Assembly: GCA_036478295.1 (NCBI GenBank)
Contig: JAZGDW010000062.1
Span: 1-29,668 of the forward strand
Source of the DNA: Candidatus Krumholzibacteriia bacterium
Lineage (GTDB): Bacteria; Krumholzibacteriota; Krumholzibacteriia; WVZY01
DNA length: 29,668 nt
Direction of reading: 5' to 3'
The notes beneath the pieces were generated by a model. It searched no databases and was not told where the DNA came from. It saw nothing but the letters and a program-made list of their open reading frames with translations. The position numbers and the translations under genes were made by a program. Shown here piece by piece: positions 17,760-27,551 of this stretch; within the stretch, counting starts at the first letter, position 1, and every line of letters starts with the position of its first letter.

Positions 17760-19835
17760 TTACACGCCGATTCCGAACAACACACCCAACTGGTACACAA
17801 TGACGGTCAGGACGTACGCAACCGTGGTGAGTATGCAGAACTGGGCAATCGCCCACTTCCACGAATTGGCCTCGCGCCGGGTGACGGCCACCGTTGCGAT
17901 GCACGGCATGCCGATCAGGACGAAAAGCATGATACAGAACGCCACCAGCGGCGGGTAATTTCGCCGCAACTGAGTCCGCAGCCCCTCCGGTGTCGTATCG
18001 CCGATGGCGTAGACGATTCCCATCTGGGCGACGAACACCTCCTTGGCCCCGATCGCTCCGATGAGCGCGGTGCCGATCCGCCAATCGAACCCCATCGGTG
18101 CGAGCACGGGGGTCATCAGGTTGCCGAGCCGGCCGGCAAAGGAATGGCTGAGTTCCGCCGTGGCCGCCGACCCCGGCGGTGTCGCATCAACGTCCCTGCG
18201 TGGGTACGCCGTCAGGAACCAGAGTACGATTGAAAAAGCCAGAATGGTGGTGCCGGCCTTCCGCAGGTAGAGCCAGGCCCGCTCCCACACATGCAGAGCG
18301 GCGCCTTTCAAGGTCGGAAGCCTGTACGGCGGCAGTTCCATGACGAAGGCGGCGGACTCGCCCTTGAACACCGTGGCCCTGAGCAGGCTGGCGCCGATGA
18401 TCGCCAGCACGATACCGATCACATACATGAGCCACAGCATGGGAGCCTGCCGCGGCTGCGGGAAAAAGGCCGGAATGATGAGCGCGTATACCGTCAGCCG
18501 CGCGCTGCAGCTCATCAGCGGCACCACCAGCATGGTGATCAAACGGTCACGCCGGTTGTCCAGCGTGCGGGTGGCCATGATGGCCGGGACCGAGCACCCG
18601 AATCCGATAAGCATGGGAATGAAACTCTTTCCCTGAAGCCCCACCTTGTGCATGAACCGGTCCATGATAAACGCTGCGCGTGCCATGTATCCGGAGTCCT
18701 CGAGAATGACGATGGCCAAAAAAAGAAAAAAAATGTTGGGCAGGAATACAATGACCCCACCGACACCGCCGATGATGCCGTCGATCACCAGCGATTTGAG
18801 CGGGCCGCTGAGCGCAGAGGGCCAGGACGTCTCCAGCACGCGGGCCGTCCACGCAAACAAGTTCTCGAGTAACGCCGTCACCGGATTGCCGAGTGTGAAG
18901 GTGGCAAAAAAGACCAGGTACATCGTGCCCAGAAAGATCGGCAGCGCCAGAATTCGCTGGGTGACAACCGAGTCGACTTTGTCCGAGAAAGTTTCTCCTT
19001 CGTCACGCGGGAACCGCACTCCTTCTTCGCACACCCCCGAAATAAATGCGTAACGATGATTGGCGATGAGCACCTCGGGGTGCTCGCCGCAATTCTGTTC
19101 AATGGCGGCGATCCCCGTCTCGGCGGATCGGAGCAGTTCTTCCGACTCGATTTTCTCGCGAACGTCGGCATCGTCTTCGAGAAGCTTGACGGCAAGCCAT
19201 CGGCGGCGTACCGCTGGAATGTTACCGTTGCCGGCTGCGAGCATGCGTTCGAGACCCCCGATGGCCTCTTCGATGTCGCGGCCGTAGCGCACCCCGGCCG
19301 CGCCGCTACGCGGCTGCCGCTGCGCGGCGAGAACGATCTCGTCCAGCAATTGCGGAATCCCTTCTCCAGTGCGGCCCACGGTGGAGACAATAGGAATACC
19401 GAACAGTCGGGAGAGTTTGGCTTCGTCATATTCGATTCCCCGCGCGCGCGCGCGATCGCTCATGTTGAAAGCCAGCACGAGTTGAACGCCCAGCTCGGCG
19501 AGCTGGACCGCCAGATAGAGATTACGCTCGAGGTTCGATGCATCGAGGACGTCGACGACGACGTCGAGTTCCTCATCGATGAGGACCCTGCGCGCGATAA
19601 GCTCTTCGGTGGATTGCGTGGTAAGGCTGTAGATCCCGGGGAGGTCAATTACATCGATGCGCCGTCCGGCGTGTGTGCGCGTACCCTCTTTTTTCTCGAC
19701 GGTTACGCCGGGATAATTCGCGACGCGTTGGCGAGCTCCCGCGATGGCGTTGAAGACACTGGTTTTTCCGGTGTTGGGATTGCCCGCGAGACCCACGCGG
19801 ATTGTCTTCTGCATACCCTGGTCCCTCGCCGCCAT
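17760..19835 (-). CDS. feoB: Ferrous iron transport protein B
   Basis: GNPNTGKT, VANYPGVTVE, DLPG, NMSD; LEDSGYMARAAF, GFGCSVPA, MSCSARL, MELPPY. Confidence 0.97.
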   Translation of the reverse strand: MAARDQGMQKTIRVGLAGNPNTGKTSVFNAIAGARQRVANYPGVTVEKKEGTRTHAGRRIDVIDLPGIYSLTTQSTEELIARRVLIDEELDVVVDVLDASNLERNLYLAVQLAELGVQLVLAFNMSDRARARGIEYDEAKLSRLFGIPIVSTVGRTGEGIPQLLDEIVLAAQRQPRSGAAGVRYGRDIEEAIGGLERMLAAGNGNIPAVRRRWLAVKLLEDDADVREKIESEELLRSAETGIAAIEQNCGEHPEVLIANHRYAFISGVCEEGVRFPRDEGETFSDKVDSVVTQRILALPIFLGTMYLVFFATFTLGNPVTALLENLFAWTARVLETSWPSALSGPLKSLVIDGIIGGVGGVIVFLPNIFFLFLAIVILEDSGYMARAAFIMDRFMHKVGLQGKSFIPMLIGFGCSVPAIMATRTLDNRRDRLITMLVVPLMSCSARLTVYALIIPAFFPQPRQAPMLWLMYVIGIVLAIIGASLLRATVFKGESAAFVMELPPYRLPTLKGAALHVWERAWLYLRKAGTTILAFSIVLWFLTAYPRRDVDATPPGSAATAELSHSFAGRLGNLMTPVLAPMGFDWRIGTALIGAIGAKEVFVAQMGIVYAIGDTTPEGLRTQLRRNYPPLVAFCIMLFVLIGMPCIATVAVTRREANSWKWAIAQFCILTTVAYVLTVIVYQLGVLFGIGV

Positions 19836-19897
19836 AATGATGTTCGCAATGTACGCTTCGGCAGCATTCCCGTTCGGACACGCACGCGGCGACGTCC

Positions 19898-19926
19898 AAA
19901 AAAAATCTCACCCAGCGGGGTGAGAT
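19898..19926 (-). terminator. Intrinsic terminator between feoA and feoB
   Basis: Minus strand ATCTCACCC-cgct-GGGTGAGAT-TTTTTTT: a perfect 9-bp stem plus U-tract, 5 nt after the feoA stop. Confidence 0.8.
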
Positions 19927-19931
19927 CTGGC

Positions 19932-20180
19932 TCACAAAAGTTGAACGGCGATGCGGCTGGCCTCCGCTTTTCTCAGCATCAGCCGGTAGCGCTTGACCCG
20001 AATGGCGATGGGGTCACCCAGCGGTGCCACCCGCTCCACTTCGACCACGGTCCCCGGTGTCATCCCCATGTCCACCATCCGCTTCCTCACACCCCCCTGC
20101 CCCGTGATCTTAACGATGCGGGCCTTCATACCGGGTTTTAACTCATTTAACGGAAATATAATTAACTTATGATGTGACAA
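19932..20180 (-). CDS. feoA: Ferrous iron transport protein A
   Basis: LNELKPG, RKRMVDMGMTPG, APLGDPI, LRKAEA. Start uncertain (TTG 20180, no clear RBS). Confidence 0.93.
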   Translation of the reverse strand: MSHHKLIIFPLNELKPGMKARIVKITGQGGVRKRMVDMGMTPGTVVEVERVAPLGDPIAIRVKRYRLMLRKAEASRIAVQLL

Positions 20181-20206
20181 TTAGTTATGGTGTTACAATT
20201 CGAAAC

Positions 20207-20240
20207 TTAGCTCGACCAAACTGTTGTTAGGGTTTCCTAA
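20207..20240. promoter_or_regulatory. DtxR/MntR-family-like operator(s) upstream of feoA
   Basis: Perfect TTAGG-GTTT-CCTAA (20227-20240) and degenerate TTAGC-TCGA-CCAAA (20207-20220). Confidence 0.6.
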
Positions 20241-20418
20241 TTGAACATAGCCCAAAGTCATTGAATGATGCAAGGCTTTTTTGTGATATTTTTCACATGA
20301 TATTCTGACCGCCGGACGGCTTCCCGCGGATGGCCTGGCCGGGAGCCCCGTGCTCCGCAGTGACGGGGATGACGCGGCCGCGCCGTGTGTGCTATGGTCT
20401 GCATCGAAAGGACCCAGC

Positions 20419-21447
20419 ATGGAGAAACCCGGAAGATCTTCGAAGCTAATTACGATCGAACGTCACATCCTGCACGAGCAGTCAGCGTTTCCCGACGCCA
20501 GCGGGGCGCTCACCCATGTTCTCTATGATATCGCGCTGGCGGGAAAGCTCATCGCCAGCCGTACGACCCGCGCGGGTCTGGCCGACATCATCGGTGCCAC
20601 GGGTAGCGACAACGTCCAGGGTGAAGAGGTGCAAAAACTCGACGTTTACGCACACGACACCCTGTTCAAACTGAACGACCATACCGGACGTCTCGCGGTG
20701 ATGGCATCGGAAGAAGAAAAGAACATCATTCCCATCCCCGACTGTTATCCAACGGGGAATTACGTCTTGGTTTTTGACCCGCTCGACGGGTCGTCCAACA
20801 TCGAGTTCAACGTGACTGTCGGCACTATCTTCGCCATCTACCGGCGCAAGTCCGCGTCCGGGGTCGGCACGCTGGACGACGTGCTTCAAAAGGGCTCGGA
20901 GATTGTCGCGGCGGGATACATGGTGTATGGCTCGAGCACCATGCTGGTTTATTCGGCGGGCCACGGCGTCAACGGCTTTACGTTGGACCCGAGTATCGGC
21001 GAGTTCCTGTTGTCGCACCCCGACATCCACCTGCCCGAACAGCCGAAGTACTACAGCGTCAACCAGGGACACGAGAAATACTGGTCGGAAGGCATCAAGT
21101 GTTACACGCGATGGCTACAGGGGGAAGAAGGCGCTAAGCGGTCGCTGTCGCTGCGATACATCGGATCGATGGTCGCCGACATTCATCGCACGCTTCTCGG
21201 TGGCGGCGTGTTCTACTATCCCGCCGACAGCAAGGACCCAAAAAAACCGCATGGAAAACTAAGACTGCTCTACGAAGCCAACCCCATGGCCTTCATCATC
21301 GAGCAGGCCGGTGGCTACGGCTCCACGGGCAAGGGGCCGCTGAGGGACGTTCAACCCACCGATCTGCACCAGCGGGTACCACTGTTCCTCGGCAATCGGG
21401 ATCTGGTAGAAAAGGCGGAAGCGTTTATTTCGGAGCACGATGGGTAG
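20419..21447 (+). CDS. fbp: Fructose-1,6-bisphosphatase class 1
   Basis: [51 protein letters not shown] 20419 with AAGGA RBS. Confidence 0.97.
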   Translation: MEKPGRSSKLITIERHILHEQSAFPDASGALTHVLYDIALAGKLIASRTTRAGLADIIGATGSDNVQGEEVQKLDVYAHDTLFKLNDHTGRLAVMASEEEKNIIPIPDCYPTGNYVLVFDPLDGSSNIEFNVTVGTIFAIYRRKSASGVGTLDDVLQKGSEIVAAGYMVYGSSTMLVYSAGHGVNGFTLDPSIGEFLLSHPDIHLPEQPKYYSVNQGHEKYWSEGIKCYTRWLQGEEGAKRSLSLRYIGSMVADIHRTLLGGGVFYYPADSKDPKKPHGKLRLLYEANPMAFIIEQAGGYGSTGKGPLRDVQPTDLHQRVPLFLGNRDLVEKAEAFISEHDG

Positions 21448-23068
21448 GTCTTCGCGGCGCAGGAAATCCCCAGCGACATCCACATCCGATGGTCCCGAAC
21501 ATGACCGCCGGTGGCGTGTCATCCTCTTTGTCATCATCTTCGCGGCCGCGTTTCTGTCCGTCGGTTACTACCGGCATCAAGGCGGCAGCGGCTACCCGCT
21601 CGACGACAGCTGGATCCACCTGACATTCGCGCGCAACGTCGCCTCGGGCGCCGGCTTCGGAGCCAACCCCCACGAGCCAACGCCGGGCGCCACCTCGCCC
21701 CTTTGGGTGTTCTTCCTTGCCCCGGGATTTCTCTTCGGCCCCGCGCACGCCGTGTGGCCATGGGTTCTCGCAACGTGTTTCCTGGGTGCCGCCGGTGTTC
21801 TGTGCGCGATTCTCGTGCATGTACTGCGCCGGACCATTTCACCGGACGATGACGCGGTACCTGGCCGGGCCCGCTTGTCTCCGGGCTGGCCGGGGTTCGT
21901 GTGCGGCCTCGCCGTAGTGTGGAGCGGTCCTCTCGTCTGGAGCGCCGCGGGGGCGATGGAAGTGCCGCTCTTTGCCTCATTAATCATCGCGGCCCTCCTC
22001 GTGTATGCCAGGAGCGGGCTGCCGGGGTGGCGCAACGGGGTGGCGTGGGGTGGCGCAGCTGGCTTCGCCGCCCTGGCGCGACCCGAAGGCTTGCTGCTGG
22101 CGGTCGTCCTGGCGTTTGTGTCGTTGTCGCGCATGCGGCGGGGTGCGATGGTTGAAGCCGGGGTCGGGCTCGCTGCGTGCGCCGTCGTGTACTCCCCGTC
22201 GGTTTTGTTCTGTCTGTCGACCAGCGGGCGGGTTTTCCCCAATACGTTCTATGCCAAGACGACGGCGCTCGTGGCCGGACCTCCGGACGCAGCGTTTCTC
22301 GGCGGGGCGGCGCGGTTCTTTGCCGGCGCGGCGCCCGTCGCCCTCCTCGGTTTTTTTCTCGGTGTCGCGGTTCTGGGCTGGATGCTGCGGCGCCGCGCAC
22401 CGGTTCACGCGCTCGTTGCGCTGGCGGCGTTTGCCGTGGGATTGCCGCTCGCATACGCGGCGATGGGAAGAACGTTTCTTTTTGCGGGGCTCGCGGGCAA
22501 CTTCGGACGCTACCTCTACCCGGTGTTTCCGCCGGCCCTGGTTCTCGGCTTTTGGGGTCTGGCGTGCGTCACGGATGTCACCCCGCGACGGTGGGTGGCA
22601 GCCGCGGGGCGCGGGCTCATGATCGTGGCGCTTGTCGTATCGATCACGAAAGCCGTCGACCGCGTCGAACTGTACCGGCACAATGTCCGCGACATCAACT
22701 CGATGCAGGTGGCCATGGCACACCGGCTCCGGAGCGCGCTGCCGGCCGGTTCACTGGTGGCGGCCAACGACGTGGGCGCCCTGGCTTACTTCACGGACTT
22801 CCGGGTTCTGGATCTCGAAGGAATTATCAGCACGCACACGATGAAGGTGCTGGAGGATGCGGGGCCACGCGGGCGGGAGCGCGCCCACTACGAACTCCTG
22901 AACAGCGAGCGGCCGGCGGCGCTGGTCGTGTTCCCCCAGTGGTTCGCCGGCGTGTTGACAAGGCTCGGTGATGCCGCGCGTCCAATCGAGGTAATCGAGA
23001 ATCGCCGCAATATTACTGCCGGCGGCTCGCGGCTCGTTGCGTTCCGCCTCGACTGGGGGCAGCCCTGA
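21440..23068 (+). CDS. Polytopic GT-C-fold glycosyltransferase-like membrane protein
   Basis: After TM1: [50 protein letters not shown]; more than 10 TM segments. Confidence 0.75.
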   Translation: MGRSSRRRKSPATSTSDGPEHDRRWRVILFVIIFAAAFLSVGYYRHQGGSGYPLDDSWIHLTFARNVASGAGFGANPHEPTPGATSPLWVFFLAPGFLFGPAHAVWPWVLATCFLGAAGVLCAILVHVLRRTISPDDDAVPGRARLSPGWPGFVCGLAVVWSGPLVWSAAGAMEVPLFASLIIAALLVYARSGLPGWRNGVAWGGAAGFAALARPEGLLLAVVLAFVSLSRMRRGAMVEAGVGLAACAVVYSPSVLFCLSTSGRVFPNTFYAKTTALVAGPPDAAFLGGAARFFAGAAPVALLGFFLGVAVLGWMLRRRAPVHALVALAAFAVGLPLAYAAMGRTFLFAGLAGNFGRYLYPVFPPALVLGFWGLACVTDVTPRRWVAAAGRGLMIVALVVSITKAVDRVELYRHNVRDINSMQVAMAHRLRSALPAGSLVAANDVGALAYFTDFRVLDLEGIISTHTMKVLEDAGPRGRERAHYELLNSERPAALVVFPQWFAGVLTRLGDAARPIEVIENRRNITAGGSRLVAFRLDWGQP

Positions 23069-23093
23069 AAAAAAAGCTGGCCGTGCGGACCGC
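23068..23093 (-). terminator. Probable terminator of the injection-system operon
   Basis: Minus strand GC-GGTC-cgcac-GGCC-a-GC followed by T8, just after the stop at 23098. The stem is modest. Confidence 0.5.
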
Positions 23094-23097
23094 CTGC

Positions 23098-23760
23098 CTA
23101 CCCGGCGCCAACTACCATCGTAATCCCCAACGCCGGCGGATTGGCTTTACTCCCGCGGGCACGCCCTCGCGAGTGGTCCAGCCGGAAACACCAGTCTTCC
23201 TTTCGAACTGAAAACGTCAGGCGGTAATCGAGCGTGAGCGGCAAGGCAGCTTCGAAGGCGTCCTCGAGGTAGCGCACGGTGCGGGGGTGCCGCCTGAACG
23301 CCCGCAATTGGCGCACACTCAATTCGACCCTGATATCCAGAGTCGGCACGGCCTCCGCGCTAGCGTTTCCCAACACCATGCTCCGGCTCAACCGGCACTT
23401 AGCGCTGTCCCCGAGCGTCAAACCGTCACGCACCGGGCACGACTCTTTTTCGAATACGATGTTCGACTCCACACGAATGCCGTCGGCCGCCTTCAGGTCC
23501 TCCTTGTTTCTCGACAGGAGGATCTTGAACGCCAGGACGATGACCTCTCGGACCAGCGTTCCCACACTCTCGAGATCGTTCGCGTCGGAAAGCATGTAGA
23601 CCCTGAGCAGCCGCCGGGCGTGGTACTCGAAATACGACTTTGCGAGGTTCTCTTCCGGGCCGGCTTCTTCACGACTCGACTGCTCGGCAAGGATGGAATA
23701 GTCCCTCCGTATGTAACGGTTGCCGTATGAGCTCCTTGAAACGGGAATGCCTGTCTTCAT
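23098..23760 (-). CDS. Divergent, short TssG-like baseplate protein
   Basis: TLGDSAKCRLSRSMVLG...LDIRV.L...F...LPLTLDYRLTF...LGITM matches the TssG C-terminal LG-repeat pattern; follows the TssF-like gene. Confidence 0.6.
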   Translation of the reverse strand: MKTGIPVSRSSYGNRYIRRDYSILAEQSSREEAGPEENLAKSYFEYHARRLLRVYMLSDANDLESVGTLVREVIVLAFKILLSRNKEDLKAADGIRVESNIVFEKESCPVRDGLTLGDSAKCRLSRSMVLGNASAEAVPTLDIRVELSVRQLRAFRRHPRTVRYLEDAFEAALPLTLDYRLTFSVRKEDWCFRLDHSRGRARGSKANPPALGITMVVGAG

Positions 23761-23773
23761 CCGCTTCTCCCGT

Positions 23774-25294
23774 CTACCGAACTTGCAACACTACCTGGCT
23801 GCCGACCGGCGACCGGTCATCGACAAAACTCTGAATGGTTTCGACATGTCCCTTGGTGAGCGGCTTGCCACGCTTGCTTTGAAGATAGACCACGGTCACG
23901 CGTCTCCGGGCGCCATCGACCACACGGAGTTCGGTGACCGGGTTCTCTATCTCTACATCCTCGTATCCCAGCTTTTCGACGAGATCACCGATGATATGAA
24001 GCAGAGAGTCCCTGTAAACCAGGGTTTGTGGCGGGGTGGAATAGGTCAGCATCAACTTGTTGTACCAATCCTTGTCCTTCGAGCGCGGGCAGTCGTATCC
24101 CCCGAAACACGCCATGACGGTCGACGCCTGCTCGAGCAGGATCGACGTTTTCTGCATAGGTTGGATGATCGTGGTCGCGTGATAGCTGTACTCGGCGTCG
24201 TTGACTTCGCTCCCGTGCGTCATCCACAGGAACAGCTGTTTGGTTTTCTTGGTGTTCTTCTCTCCGGGAAGATCGTAATTGGTCAAGGTCGTGCCGCCGC
24301 GGTCTATCTCGAGGGTGAAGAGATTCGCGTATGACTCGACGGGCTCGATCCGCTGGTCGTTCTTGTTACCGGCTTTGCGGTACGGAAAAATCCCCGCCGC
24401 GCCGAGCGGCTTCATGCCCGCCGTCGACACGCATTCCGCGAAACTGTCGTCGAGCTCCCAGGCTTTCAGATCGACGTTCATGACCGGGAGCGCGTTGCCG
24501 AATATCGAAATCCCCGACAGGTCGGGATTTCCCAACCCAGCCTCTTGGTACAAGTCACGCAGAGCGTCTTCCGGGAACCGGAAGCGCAGCGACACGGTCT
24601 CGGACTCTATCTCAAGCTTGCGACCGTCAGGCAACGTATGGTACGGCTCCATCACCAGTTTGAAAATAAAGGGCGAAATCAGCTTGGAGGCGTAGTTCAG
24701 CGGGAAACGGATACCGGCAACCGACGGGCTGGCCACCCACGACGGGCCGGCCCAGTCCGGAGACAGGGGGATCTCGTGATTGTTGAACTGGAGGAACACT
24801 TCGAGCCTCCGTGCATACAGTTCGAGCACGCGGCTTATCTCGAGCAACTCCGAGGCGTGCCAGCCACGCCCCTCTCTCTCCGCATCCCAGGGGAGAAATG
24901 CGAAGGAGATCACGGATTTCTCCCAGCGATCCTTCAGCCTCAGGTCCAACGACTTTTCGAATCTGGAACTCTGTTTACCCGGGGTGATGTCGATCAGCGG
25001 GATAGTAATGTCACCAATGGGTGTGAAGAACACGGCCTGCGGGTCTCCATCCGTGTTCGTGTCCGTTCTCGAGCGCAACGCCACCAGGTCGCCCGTCCGC
25101 CATCGCTCAGCGTTCGGACGGGTTCGGGTTTTCCAGGATTGGCTGGACACGATCGAAACCGCCGGCAAGGCGGCACAGCCCGGAATAAAAAGCCCGGCGG
25201 CATCCTGGATGAAGTCTCCCAGAACTCGCGGGCTCGTTAGGCTCTGTACTTCGGAAATCAGGCGGTCGAAATGGCTCCCAGCTTCGCTCGTCAT
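23774..25294 (-). CDS. Divergent TssF-like baseplate protein
   Basis: LFIPGCAALPAVSIV (cf. L.P....P.PA..I), NALPVMNV (cf. NCxPxxN), WMTHGSEVN, FGG, and an LVYRDSL-type C-terminal region. Confidence 0.62.
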   Translation of the reverse strand: MTSEAGSHFDRLISEVQSLTSPRVLGDFIQDAAGLFIPGCAALPAVSIVSSQSWKTRTRPNAERWRTGDLVALRSRTDTNTDGDPQAVFFTPIGDITIPLIDITPGKQSSRFEKSLDLRLKDRWEKSVISFAFLPWDAEREGRGWHASELLEISRVLELYARRLEVFLQFNNHEIPLSPDWAGPSWVASPSVAGIRFPLNYASKLISPFIFKLVMEPYHTLPDGRKLEIESETVSLRFRFPEDALRDLYQEAGLGNPDLSGISIFGNALPVMNVDLKAWELDDSFAECVSTAGMKPLGAAGIFPYRKAGNKNDQRIEPVESYANLFTLEIDRGGTTLTNYDLPGEKNTKKTKQLFLWMTHGSEVNDAEYSYHATTIIQPMQKTSILLEQASTVMACFGGYDCPRSKDKDWYNKLMLTYSTPPQTLVYRDSLLHIIGDLVEKLGYEDVEIENPVTELRVVDGARRRVTVVYLQSKRGKPLTKGHVETIQSFVDDRSPVGSQVVLQVR

Positions 25295-25306
25295 GTCGCG
25301 ACCATC

Positions 25307-26965
25307 CTAACCCGCATCGATCTGCGACGCCTTTAGCGCGATCTTGGTGGCGGTCTGGGCGATCTCGGCGGTCTTGATCTCGATGTCGCTTCCCTCCGCG
25401 CTGTCGATCTTGACCTTGCCCTGCTCCAGCGACACCGTCTGCCCGTTCGCGGTCGTAATCACGATCTTGTCGTCCTGGATCTCGATCGTACCCCCGCTGC
25501 CGTCTCCCGTACCGATGACGATCTTGTCCGGCAAGATTTCCATGGTACTGCCCCCGCCGTCGACCTCGTTCTTGAACTTGATGTTGTTCTCGCCGATGGT
25601 CAAGGTCTGCCCCTGAACGGTCTTGAAGAAAAAAGATGCGGCGTTGTCCTCGACCTCGAAGCCGGCGGGCACACTCCCAATGACGACCGGGTCCATGTCT
25701 ACCTGGCCCCACAGCACGAGCACGATATCATCGAGTTCGGGGGGAATATAGAGCGCATGCTCCTCTCCCCACGACGGCGTGGCCACGCGCAGCCACGGCG
25801 TGACCGAGCGCAGTTTGTCCCAGGCAAACTCGACCTTTACACGATTATACTTGAGGGGGTCGTTTTCGCTGGTGTCCACGACAGTTGCTGCTGAGGCGAT
25901 CAATCTCCGATCGGGCCATTCCTTTTCGGGATACAACCCTTCCAGGTTCGCCGCCTCGAACTGCCACGAACTTTCATCAGCGCGGTAGTCGTGGTAGCCG
26001 TTGATCGAGCGGATGAAAGCGGTCTCCAGATCCTTGCCGGAGCCATCCGCCGGGTCCAACACGGCGATCTGCACCTCCGAGCCCACCGGGACCGGCGTTC
26101 TCAACGTGCCTTGCACGAGGAAACGCCCATGGGCGTGCGCCCTGAGGAAATGCTCTCCCCAGCGTTTTCTCGCGTCGTACCCGGCGTCCTCGTGGATCAC
26201 GTGAAAGGATTCGTCCCCCTGGTTCTTCTTCCGAATATCGATCAGGGAGTCCTGGACCTTGCCGAATCCAAACGGGGCCTTTTCCAACTCGACGTCGGTG
26301 GACTGGGCGTTGTTGTTCTCGACGTAGGGATGGGTTTCCACCGTGACCTTCTCGGGGCCGAGTTCGGTGCGTATCGTATAGTCGGTGATTTCCTTGCGCA
26401 GTCTGAGAACCGGTGAGAAGCTCTCACCCTGCTGGCTCTGCAGGGCGGTCAGCCCGGTGGCGACGAAAATCTTGCCCGCCGAACACCAGATCTGACCGCC
26501 TATTCCATGCAGCAACCGCTTGAGGAAGTCCAGGTTGGATTCCTGGTACTGGATGGCGAGGTTGATCATGTAGGAATCGCAACCCGCCAGGCACTCGTGA
26601 GGTACGCCGCTGGGGATCAGTGTGCCCAGCACATCACTGAGCGACTGGTCGACGAACACTTGCGACGTATGTGTCTGCGCGAGGCGCGACATCGCATCTC
26701 GGAGAATCAGGCGGAATCCCGACTCGCTGTCGAACTCCAGAGCTTCCACCGTGCCTGTGAATTTCCAATCCTCGACCCGGCAGGTGAACTCCTGTCCGAA
26801 GAACTCCTGCAGCTCTGCGTGTGCGGCCAGCTCGGAGTCCGGCATCCCTTTTGAGGGGTGCAGCGTCACGCTCAGCGACCCTACCTCGCCGATCGTCTGT
26901 CGGACCTCAAAGCCGCGCACCGAGTACGACTCGAGAAACTTCGGCTTCTCTTCGAAGGTCAACAC
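25307..26965 (-). CDS. vgrG: VgrG/TssI-like spike protein (gp27-gp5 fusion)
   Basis: QYQESNLDFLKRL; OB-fold DPLKYNRVKVEFAW...TPWLRVATP...IPPELDDIVLV...PVVIGSV; short beta-strand repeat C-terminus. Confidence 0.88.
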   Translation of the reverse strand: MLTFEEKPKFLESYSVRGFEVRQTIGEVGSLSVTLHPSKGMPDSELAAHAELQEFFGQEFTCRVEDWKFTGTVEALEFDSESGFRLILRDAMSRLAQTHTSQVFVDQSLSDVLGTLIPSGVPHECLAGCDSYMINLAIQYQESNLDFLKRLLHGIGGQIWCSAGKIFVATGLTALQSQQGESFSPVLRLRKEITDYTIRTELGPEKVTVETHPYVENNNAQSTDVELEKAPFGFGKVQDSLIDIRKKNQGDESFHVIHEDAGYDARKRWGEHFLRAHAHGRFLVQGTLRTPVPVGSEVQIAVLDPADGSGKDLETAFIRSINGYHDYRADESSWQFEAANLEGLYPEKEWPDRRLIASAATVVDTSENDPLKYNRVKVEFAWDKLRSVTPWLRVATPSWGEEHALYIPPELDDIVLVLWGQVDMDPVVIGSVPAGFEVEDNAASFFFKTVQGQTLTIGENNIKFKNEVDGGGSTMEILPDKIVIGTGDGSGGTIEIQDDKIVITTANGQTVSLEQGKVKIDSAEGSDIEIKTAEIAQTATKIALKASQIDAG

Positions 26966-27015
26966 TTCAGCAACCTCTCACCATCGGTTAGGGTATCGCT
27001 ACCCGCTGTTCGATG

Positions 27016-27441
27016 CTACACACCAAACAGTTCGTTTCGACGCGGGTGGTCAAATTCCACACCCGAGATCTTCATTTCCGACGAGATGACCGTAAAACTC
27101 AAGTTGAACTTCTCGTCATGAATGGAGAAACTGCTGTCGATGTCACCCAACCAGGCCTTGGAGAACTCGACGGTCTGGATCGACTCGCCCACCGGCTTGT
27201 CGTCCCGTCCCTTGAATACCTGTATGATACCGGATCCTTTGCTTTCGGCATCGGCGTGCTGTGCCGACGCGTATTCGTACAGGTCCTTGGCCGGTTCTGC
27301 TCCCGGCGGGAGTTCCAGGTTGACACGGATCTCGCCCGGCGCGCAGTTGGCCAGTTGGCCTCCGCCGACCGTCTCGACTGACACGTCAAAGTTCGTAACC
27401 TTGTATTCCGCGCCCGAACCCAGCTTGAACTTGATAACCAT
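27016..27441 (-). CDS. TssD/Hcp-like tube protein (Bacteroidota T6SS-iii type)
   Basis: 141 aa. The pattern GEIRVNLE...GSGIIQVFKG...QTVEFSKAWL...LSFTVISSEMKISGVEF parallels Bacteroidota TssD (GGxI...SGxIxF...ELxWENGY...FVVSAQxIKIG). Strong AAGGAGG RBS. Confidence 0.78.
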   Translation of the reverse strand: MVIKFKLGSGAEYKVTNFDVSVETVGGGQLANCAPGEIRVNLELPPGAEPAKDLYEYASAQHADAESKGSGIIQVFKGRDDKPVGESIQTVEFSKAWLGDIDSSFSIHDEKFNLSFTVISSEMKISGVEFDHPRRNELFGV

Positions 27442-27551
27442 GACTTCCTCCTTGAGGTCGATGGGGACGGTGCTTACCGCACCTCCCCGTACAATAGAGT
27501 CACCAACGCAACACGCGCCTTGGCACTTAAATCATGCAGCCCGGGTGCTGT

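Noticed and set aside
21440..21447. fbp/glycosyltransferase 8-nt overlap as a functional link, or the GT as part of the injection system
   Set aside because: The GT start is uncertain and it converges on the operon; there is no evidence of a link.
27520..27538. TTGGCAC...TGC sigma54-like site near the tube gene
   Set aside because: Wrong strand and spacing two bases off.
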